From positions 1,594,146 to 1,658,145 of the forward strand of contig OZ244226.1 in assembly GCA_965217035.1 (NCBI GenBank): a stretch of 64,000 nucleotides of DNA, read 5' to 3'. Below are positions 58,233 through 64,000 of this stretch, piece after piece. Every line of letters begins with the position of its first letter. Within the stretch, counting starts at the first letter, position 1. This DNA is from Bacteriovoracaceae bacterium (GTDB lineage: Bacteria > Bdellovibrionota > Bacteriovoracia > Bacteriovoracales > Bacteriovoracaceae). The notes beneath the pieces were generated by a model. It was given only the letters and a program-made list of their open reading frames with translations, was not told the DNA's origin and searched no databases. A program made the position numbers and the translations under genes.

Positions 58233-59378
58233 CTATTTATTAAAGACTTCTCTGGCAATCACAAGTCGTTGAATTTGTGATGTACCTTCGTAGATTTGTA
58301 AAAGTTTAGCGTCTCTCATTAACTTTTCAACAGGATACTCTTTGCTATAGCCGTAGCCGCCAAAGATTTGTACAGCGTCAGTAGTGATTTCCATACAAGC
58401 ATCTGCTGCAAATGCTTTTGCGTAGGATGCGATTTCGGTATTTCTCTGACCTTGATCAGCCATTGTTGCTGCTTTATGAATTAAAAGCCTTGAGGCTTCT
58501 ACTTTCATGGCCATGTCAGCGATCATCAATTGAATTGCTTGATGAGCGCTGAGAGGTTTGCCAAATTGACTTCTTTCTTGAGCATACTCAACTGCACAAT
58601 CTAGGGCCCTTTGTGCTCCACCAACAGCGGAACTTGCAACAAGAGGCCTTGAATGATCAAGAGTTTTCATCGCAATCAACCAGCCTTCACCGGGTTGACC
58701 CAACATATTTTCTTTAGGAACTTTTACTTTATTAAATCGCAAGCCTCTAGTGTCAGAAGCTCTGTGTCCCATTTTGTCTTCTTTTTTTCCTATTTCTAAG
58801 CCTTCAGCACCTTTTTCAATAACAAGACAACTAATTCCTTTATGCTTAAGCTCTGGATCAATCGTTCCATAGACGACAAAAATATCAGCGTAGCCAGCGT
58901 TCGTGATCCACATTTTGTCACCACTAACTTCCCAGTGGTCACCTTTATCAGTGAAAGTTGTTTTAATTCCGGCTGCATCAGAACCATGATTTGGTTCTGT
59001 TAGGCAGAAGGAAGCAATTCTAAATTCTTCAGCAAAGGGATTAAGAAAGCGTTTTTTTTGTTCTTCGTTACCACCGATAACAATGGGTAAAAGAGCGAGA
59101 TCATTTGCCATGAAATTTGAGTTCATCCCCATGCAGCCATAGGCGAGAGCTTCAGTGATTAAGCATGCTTCAATATTACTGAAGCCATTGCCGCCTAGTT
59201 CACTTGGAATTGATGTGTTAACAAGACCAAGTTCCCAAGCTTTTTGAAAAATTTCTTTAGGATATTCACCGGATTCATCCATCTTTTGGGCAACAGGAAT
59301 GATTTCATTTTTTACAAATTTAAGAGCATGTTCTTTAAATTCTTTTTGCTCAGGTGATAAATTAAAATCCATGATCAC
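58233..59378 (-). CDS. Acyl-CoA dehydrogenase
   Basis: FCLTEPNHGSD, KMWITN, QIFGGYGY, IYEGTSQIQR. Confidence 0.96.
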   Translation of the reverse strand: MIMDFNLSPEQKEFKEHALKFVKNEIIPVAQKMDESGEYPKEIFQKAWELGLVNTSIPSELGGNGFSNIEACLITEALAYGCMGMNSNFMANDLALLPIVIGGNEEQKKRFLNPFAEEFRIASFCLTEPNHGSDAAGIKTTFTDKGDHWEVSGDKMWITNAGYADIFVVYGTIDPELKHKGISCLVIEKGAEGLEIGKKEDKMGHRASDTRGLRFNKVKVPKENMLGQPGEGWLIAMKTLDHSRPLVASSAVGGAQRALDCAVEYAQERSQFGKPLSAHQAIQLMIADMAMKVEASRLLIHKAATMADQGQRNTEIASYAKAFAADACMEITTDAVQIFGGYGYSKEYPVEKLMRDAKLLQIYEGTSQIQRLVIAREVFNK

Positions 59379-59419
59379 TCCTTAATTTAATCAATTCCCT
59401 GTCGAAACTTTTTATAAAT

Positions 59420-59428
59420 ATTATAGCA
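59420..59428 (-). promoter_or_regulatory. Extended -10 promoter for acd-etfBA
   Basis: Minus strand TGCTATAAT directly after the folK stop codon. Confidence 0.55.
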
Positions 59429-59896
59429 TTATTCAATCATGGGTTCAGCTGATGAATCAAATTCATCGGGTATATTAAACTTTTGCTTAACTATATCAGC
59501 ATAAGGCAGTTCTAAGAACGGCTTCACAACAAAAGATCTTTTGTCCCAGGATGAATGGGGAACAATAAGATTTTTATAGTTAAAACTTTCAGTGCCCCAA
59601 AAGATAATATCAATATCAATATTCCTCGGCCCTTTTGGAATAATTTTATTTCTTCCCATTTCAACTTCAATGGAACGAAGAGTTTCCCAGGCTTCAAGTG
59701 GTTCTTGGTTTTTTGGAAGTTCAAATTCAAGAACTTGATTAAGAAAACTTTCTTGTTCGAGATAATCAACTGGTTCTGAAGAGTAAACTCTACTCTCTGC
59801 TATAAGAGAATAATACTTTTTTATTAATCTTTTCGCTTGTATCAGATTATTTTTTTTATCACCGACATTACTACCAAGGGCTATCACTAAACTCAT
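59429..59896 (-). CDS. folK: 2-amino-4-hydroxy-6-hydroxymethyldihydropteridine diphosphokinase
   Basis: IALGSNVG, FLNQV, GPRNIDIDI, PH...RSFV. Confidence 0.95.
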   Translation of the reverse strand: MSLVIALGSNVGDKKNNLIQAKRLIKKYYSLIAESRVYSSEPVDYLEQESFLNQVLEFELPKNQEPLEAWETLRSIEVEMGRNKIIPKGPRNIDIDIIFWGTESFNYKNLIVPHSSWDKRSFVVKPFLELPYADIVKQKFNIPDEFDSSAEPMIE

Positions 59897-60096
59897 TCTT
59901 CTTTTTTCTTTTTTTGAATTTTCTCTGTAGACTTACCATCAACGGAAACTGACGCTTTTTTTTTCATATCAATTTCAGAATATTTTTCAAATAACGAAGG
60001 AAGTTTATTCTCTGGCAGTGGTGGTCGTTTAACTCCACATGAACAAAATAACAATATATAAACGATGGTTTTAATATTCGATTCCAAGGCCAACAC
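59893..60096 (-). CDS. Small lipoprotein, LppL/LptM-like
   Basis: Lipobox followed by CGVKRPPLP, resembling the CGxKGPLxxP motif. Start codon uncertain (GTG/TTG). Confidence 0.55.
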   Translation of the reverse strand: MLALESNIKTIVYILLFCSCGVKRPPLPENKLPSLFEKYSEIDMKKKASVSVDGKSTEKIQKKKKEE

Positions 60097-61030
60097 TCAT
60101 AACGTCTAGACCAACGTTGGCGGTAATAAACCAACTCGGTACAAGTCTTTTCATAAAAGTTACTCCAACGGTTGGAGTAATTTTTTCTATATCATCAACT
60201 AAATCCAGTTCTTGATTGGCTTGAGCATCGGAGACTGCTCCGGTCCCTGCCTCCGGACTACTTGCAATAACAATTTGAAGACCAGCATAAGGCATCAAGT
60301 AAGAGTAGAATGGAAGTTCATATGCATACTTTGCTCTCACCGTTAAGTTAAAGAGATCTGTAGAAATATCAGCAGATGGAAATCTCTTGGCGGTACTATA
60401 ACCAAAAAGTGATTCAAACCAAACGAATTCTTTAAGTCTGTAGTTCCAAGAAAAAGTAAAGTGGCTGTAATAAGAAGCATCACCTCGATCGTCAATTCCT
60501 TCAATGAGCCCATAGGAAGCATTAATAATATTATTAGATTTAATAGTTGAAAGTTTTTTCTTGGGTTCTTCCTCATCAAGCAAGACAGAGTCGCTAAAGA
60601 GGTCAGCTTCAGAGTTAATTCTTAAGGAAGGTTGGTCATTAGATTCTTCTCTTAGGAGAGAATCATCTCCACGGTAAAGACTTACAAGAATTCCTCTTCT
60701 TAAGCGAACTTTGGCTTTTTCATTATAAGTTTTAAGAACTTTAAAAGCACTCTTTCCTTGTCTCGATTTTGCAATTAACCCTCTTATAATTTTTTTTCCA
60801 CCAACAAGCATTGTTACGAAGTCACCAGGTTCAAGAGATTGATTATTATTTGTGAGAATAAAAATTCTTTTGCTTTTAGAAGCAACAACGATTTTTTCAG
60901 AAAATGTGTTCTCTTGAAGACCTCTACTGAAGTTTGGAGATTCAAGCTCTTCAACTAGTGATTGTCCTTGGAGGCAAAGCGGAAAAAAGAGAAGGCTAAA
61001 ATAGATATTGTTTAATACGGTTTGTCGCAT
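60071..61030 (-). CDS. Secreted protein with C-terminal outer-membrane beta-barrel
   Basis: Signal peptide; C-terminal strands (PYAGLQ, SVGLGIEY). Confidence 0.6.
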   Translation of the reverse strand: MRQTVLNNIYFSLLFFPLCLQGQSLVEELESPNFSRGLQENTFSEKIVVASKSKRIFILTNNNQSLEPGDFVTMLVGGKKIIRGLIAKSRQGKSAFKVLKTYNEKAKVRLRRGILVSLYRGDDSLLREESNDQPSLRINSEADLFSDSVLLDEEEPKKKLSTIKSNNIINASYGLIEGIDDRGDASYYSHFTFSWNYRLKEFVWFESLFGYSTAKRFPSADISTDLFNLTVRAKYAYELPFYSYLMPYAGLQIVIASSPEAGTGAVSDAQANQELDLVDDIEKITPTVGVTFMKRLVPSWFITANVGLDVMSVGLGIEY

Positions 61031-61124
61031 AACTAATAATATATTGAGAGCTCTAAATCGTTAATTAAAAAGGAGTATGGCACTGACCGTTATGACGGAG
61101 TTATAAAAAGTAAGAAGGCTATTT

Positions 61125-61153
61125 TTGACATTATTTTAGGATTCCTTCAGATT
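61125..61153 (+). promoter_or_regulatory. Possible sigma70 promoter for the deoxynucleoside kinase
   Basis: TTGACA-N17-CAGATT (perfect -35, weak -10). Confidence 0.4.
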
Positions 61154-61163
61154 GGTAACAATA

Positions 61164-61814
61164 ATGATAGACAAAAATAATCAGTTATTTATTGTCGTTG
61201 CTGGAAATATTGGCAGCGGGAAGACTACTTTAACTAAAATGCTATGCGAGCGTTTAGGTTTAAAACCCTTCTATGAATCAGTTGAAGATAATCCTTATCT
61301 TTCCGACTTTTATTCGGATATGAGTCGTTGGTCGTTTCCTCTCCAGATTTACTTTCTTACACACAGATTTCAGACACATAAAATGATTGAGCAATCAGGG
61401 GCTAGCGCTGTTCAAGATCGCTCTATTTATGAAGATGCCCATATTTTTGCTCGAGCTCTTTTTGAGCAAGGTGATTTAGATAAAAGAGATTATGAAAGTT
61501 ATCTCCGTCTTTATCATTCGATGACGGAGCATTTAAAATATCCGAGTCTTATGATTTTTCTTAAAAGATCACTTCCTAAACTTCAGGAAAGAATTAAGTT
61601 GCGAGGGAGAGGTTATGAGCAGACTATTCCAGTAGACTATTTATCTCGCCTTAATGACTATTATAATGATTGGTATCAAAACTATTCCAGCGGTAAGGCT
61701 CTTCACGTTGATACAGACGATCTAGACTTTGTTGAGAATCCTGAGCACTTTGAGCAGTTAGTCCAAAGAGTTTATGATTCAATGGAGCAGCAAGATTTAT
61801 TCTTCACCTATTAA
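61164..61814 (+). CDS. Deoxynucleoside kinase family protein
   Basis: GNIGSGKTT, LQIYFL..RF, QDRSIYED, RIKLRGRGYE. Confidence 0.93.
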   Translation: MIDKNNQLFIVVAGNIGSGKTTLTKMLCERLGLKPFYESVEDNPYLSDFYSDMSRWSFPLQIYFLTHRFQTHKMIEQSGASAVQDRSIYEDAHIFARALFEQGDLDKRDYESYLRLYHSMTEHLKYPSLMIFLKRSLPKLQERIKLRGRGYEQTIPVDYLSRLNDYYNDWYQNYSSGKALHVDTDDLDFVENPEHFEQLVQRVYDSMEQQDLFFTY

Positions 61815-61939
61815 GAACAGGTGTTAACACAAGAAATTTTTTCCTCGCGAGATTAAAGGGTGAACTTTTTTTCCCTAGTACCGTTAAAAGATCTAGCAGC
61901 TCTATAATGGAACGTAGAGTTTAACGTGAGGAAATAAAA

Positions 61940-62917
61940 ATGAATTTTTTAAAACTGCTAACACTTTTATCACTATTGTTTTATTACTCTTGTTCTAAGT
62001 CGCAAGATTCTAAAGATGCGTCCGAAGGCGATGATATCGAAATGGTTGACGGTGAAGAGGAATCTGGAGATGAGGATGTTGAAGTAGTCGACAGCGAAGA
62101 AGGCTATGATGACGAACTCGCAGAAGATGACGAAGAGCTTGATGAAGAAGAGCTTGATGAAGAAGATGAAGAGTTCGCAGAAGATGACGAAGAGCTTGAT
62201 GAAGAAGATGAAGAGTTCGCAGAAGATGGCGAAGAGCTTGATGAAGAAGATGAAGAGCTTGCAGAGGATGTAGATGATGAAGAAATAGATGAGCTTAGTG
62301 ATGAAGTAGTTGCTGATAACTCAGAAATGGATTCATTAGATGGTGCTCAGGTTGCAAACACAGAATCAGAAATGCCAGTTGCTGAAGAGGCACCAGTTCC
62401 AGCTCCATCAGTTAATATTGCAGGTGGAGGACCAACAGGGACTTACTCAGTTCAACCTAACGAAACTCTCATGTTAATTTCATTTAAACTCTACGGTGAT
62501 TATACAAGATGGAAAGAAATCCAAAGATACAATAGTGATAAACTTGGTGGAAGCACAGTCATTTCTCCGGGTATGCAGCTTACATACAGCACTCAAGGAT
62601 CAGGATTTGTTTGGAATCCACAAGGTAGACCATACCTTATCCAAAGAGGAGATACTCTCGGAATCATCTCTGATAAGGTTTACAACACTATGTCTAAGTG
62701 GAGAAAGATTTGGGATAACAATAAACCTCTTATCAAAAATCCAAATAAAATCTACGCTGGATTCACTCTTTACTACATCCCTGAAGATGGTAGAGACTTA
62801 GCTTCTGAACGACCAAGAGAAACAGCGGCAGTTCCAGTGGCTCCAACTCCAAATAATCCAGCAATGGCCGAAGAAGAGGAGTCATTTGAGGAAGAGGATT
62901 TCCCGGAAGAAATCTAG
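61940..62917 (+). CDS. Lipoprotein with acidic repeat linker and two LysM domains
   Basis: Lipobox YSC; YSVQPNETLMLIS and YLIQRGDTLGIIS...NPNKIYAG LysM repeats. Confidence 0.88.
   Translation: MNFLKLLTLLSLLFYYSCSKSQDSKDASEGDDIEMVDGEEESGDEDVEVVDSEEGYDDELAEDDEELDEEELDEEDEEFAEDDEELDEEDEEFAEDGEELDEEDEELAEDVDDEEIDELSDEVVADNSEMDSLDGAQVANTESEMPVAEEAPVPAPSVNIAGGGPTGTYSVQPNETLMLISFKLYGDYTRWKEIQRYNSDKLGGSTVISPGMQLTYSTQGSGFVWNPQGRPYLIQRGDTLGIISDKVYNTMSKWRKIWDNNKPLIKNPNKIYAGFTLYYIPEDGRDLASERPRETAAVPVAPTPNNPAMAEEEESFEEEDFPEEI
62120..62270 (+). repeat. In-frame 42-bp tandem repeat (~3.2 copies; AEDDEELDEEDEEF)
   Basis: Units at 62120-62176 (with an internal 15-bp duplication), 62177-62218, 62219-62260, plus a partial copy. 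Confidence 0.9.
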
Positions 62918-62944
62918 TATAATATAGACAAGGATGACTATAAC

Positions 62945-62973
62945 AGGGGACTTTTATAAGTCCCCTTTTTTTT
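62945..62973 (+). terminator. Intrinsic terminator after the LysM gene
   Basis: AGGGGACTT-ttat-AAGTCCCCT plus T tract. Confidence 0.85.
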
Positions 62974-62975
62974 AA

Positions 62976-63740
62976 ATGAAAACGTTAGCCCTTTTACTCT
63001 TTTTCACTTCTTGTTCTTGGTTTCAGTCTGATGAAAATGATTGGGGACCAGAGTTGATCGAAAATATAAAAACAGAAGAATCTGATTTTGTAACCCATTA
63101 TGAAAAGATTGGACGTGGCTTTATCAAAAATAGCGATAAGAAGGTTAGTCGCTTAAGTCGTTATCTAGAGAATTATCTTAAGAAAATTTCTCAAAAAGTT
63201 ATCGATAGCAATAGTTCTTTTTTTAAGAATAGAAATATAGAATTGAAGTTTTATCTTATTCAAGAAAAGAAACCAATTCACTTTTCATTACCTTCTGGAG
63301 AAATATTTTTAAGCTCAGGTCTTATAAAAAAATATGTTGAACACGAATCAAACTTAATTAGTGTTCTTACTTTTGAATTGATAAAAATTGATAGAAAGGT
63401 TTACCCTCGAAATTTTACTATCCCCAAGGGCTATACTTCTTTGCCATTTTTCTTATCAATCCTCAGAGTTCCTTTAGAGGATAAAATAGAGGTTCATAAA
63501 TGGTCCTATTATCTTCTCAAAAGAAGCGGTTTTGATGAGAATGGTTACTTGATATGGATCCAGACGCAAAATCGAAACTATCTCGATTTTTCTCTTCATC
63601 TCGGTGATCATAGTTCAATTTTCAAAGAAGAGTCTGAATTAAAAAATTTCATTGTTGAAAACTATGGTCAGAATTTTGATTTGTCGATAGAATTTAACTC
63701 TTCTAAAATGTTTTATGAGTTTATTGCGATGCTAAGATGA
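62976..63740 (+). CDS. Lipoprotein, M48 peptidase-like fold with degenerate active site
   Basis: Lipobox TSC; FSLPSGEIFLSSGL and ESNLISVLTFE align with the M48 'ALPGG...E-ELA-VL-HE' region. Confidence 0.65.
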   Translation: MKTLALLLFFTSCSWFQSDENDWGPELIENIKTEESDFVTHYEKIGRGFIKNSDKKVSRLSRYLENYLKKISQKVIDSNSSFFKNRNIELKFYLIQEKKPIHFSLPSGEIFLSSGLIKKYVEHESNLISVLTFELIKIDRKVYPRNFTIPKGYTSLPFFLSILRVPLEDKIEVHKWSYYLLKRSGFDENGYLIWIQTQNRNYLDFSLHLGDHSSIFKEESELKNFIVENYGQNFDLSIEFNSSKMFYEFIAMLR

Positions 63741-64000
63741 ATCCAGAGAGTGAATTTTTACCTATTGCCAAAGCACACTTCAAAGAAGAGGACTTATCAA
63801 GGTTCGATTTTGAGATTCTTGCTGGAGATGCCTCTTCTAGAATATATATCCGAATCGCTTATGAGAATAAGACATATCTTTTATGTTTAAATGATTCAAC
63901 TAATCCAAAACATAATCAAGAGTTCATTTATTGGACAAAAGAGTATGCAGAATCAGATATTAAAGTTCCGAAAGTATATTTTTATAAGCCAGGTGTTATT
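63737..64000 (+). CDS. APH-family phosphotransferase (AmgK-like), 3'-truncated; not in the ORF track
   Basis: Manual translation MNPESEFLP...LAGDASSRIYIRI...KVPKVY; ATGA overlap with the upstream gene; open to the window end. Confidence 0.8.
   Translation, partial: MNPESEFLPIAKAHFKEEDLSRFDFEILAGDASSRIYIRIAYENKTYLLCLNDSTNPKHNQEFIYWTKEYAESDIKVPKVYFYKPGVI

Noticed and set aside
61077..61106. 9-codon uORF (MALTVMTEL) after AGGAG
   Set aside because: SD is only 1 nt from the ATG, and it lies upstream of the putative promoter; probably chance.
62120..62270. Tandem repeat considered as a CRISPR array
   Set aside because: No unique spacers, in-frame coding repeat, no cas genes.

Overview
AT-rich, densely coding bacterial chromosome segment. 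Its gene content points to a Bdellovibrionota (Bacteriovoracia/Halobacteriovorax-like) predator; this is inferred from a TIGR02147-like regulator, many secreted ORFans and outer-membrane barrels. The backbone is housekeeping: atpHAGD-(extra ORF)-atpC, ligA-radA, glpK, mscL, def-fmt-rpe-hutH-hutU...hutI, an LptF/G permease, galU, priA, a class A PBP, tRNA-Gln(TTG), prs-pth-ychF, Slt, Mrp/ApbC, acd-etfB-etfA, folK, a deoxynucleoside kinase, a LysM lipoprotein and the start of an AmgK-like kinase. I saw no CRISPR array, rRNA, transposase or integrase. The most notable observations are: (1) a small secreted protein translationally coupled inside the F1 ATP synthase operon between atpD and atpC; (2) a ~4.5 kb islet between tRNA-Gln and prs carrying a TIGR02147-type regulator plus a secreted 'GNGG...HExxY' protein behind nested palindromes; (3) a protein-glutaminase homologue coupled to radA; (4) a 55-aa lipoprotein gene missing from the ORF track; (5) a large secreted protein with a sigma28-like promoter and a Q/N/M/Y-rich tail; (6) a recurring R-x-[PL]-A-[STE] motif in exported proteins; and (7) a complete sigma54/IHF promoter. 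Family assignments come from motif recognition by eye; no database searches were run.
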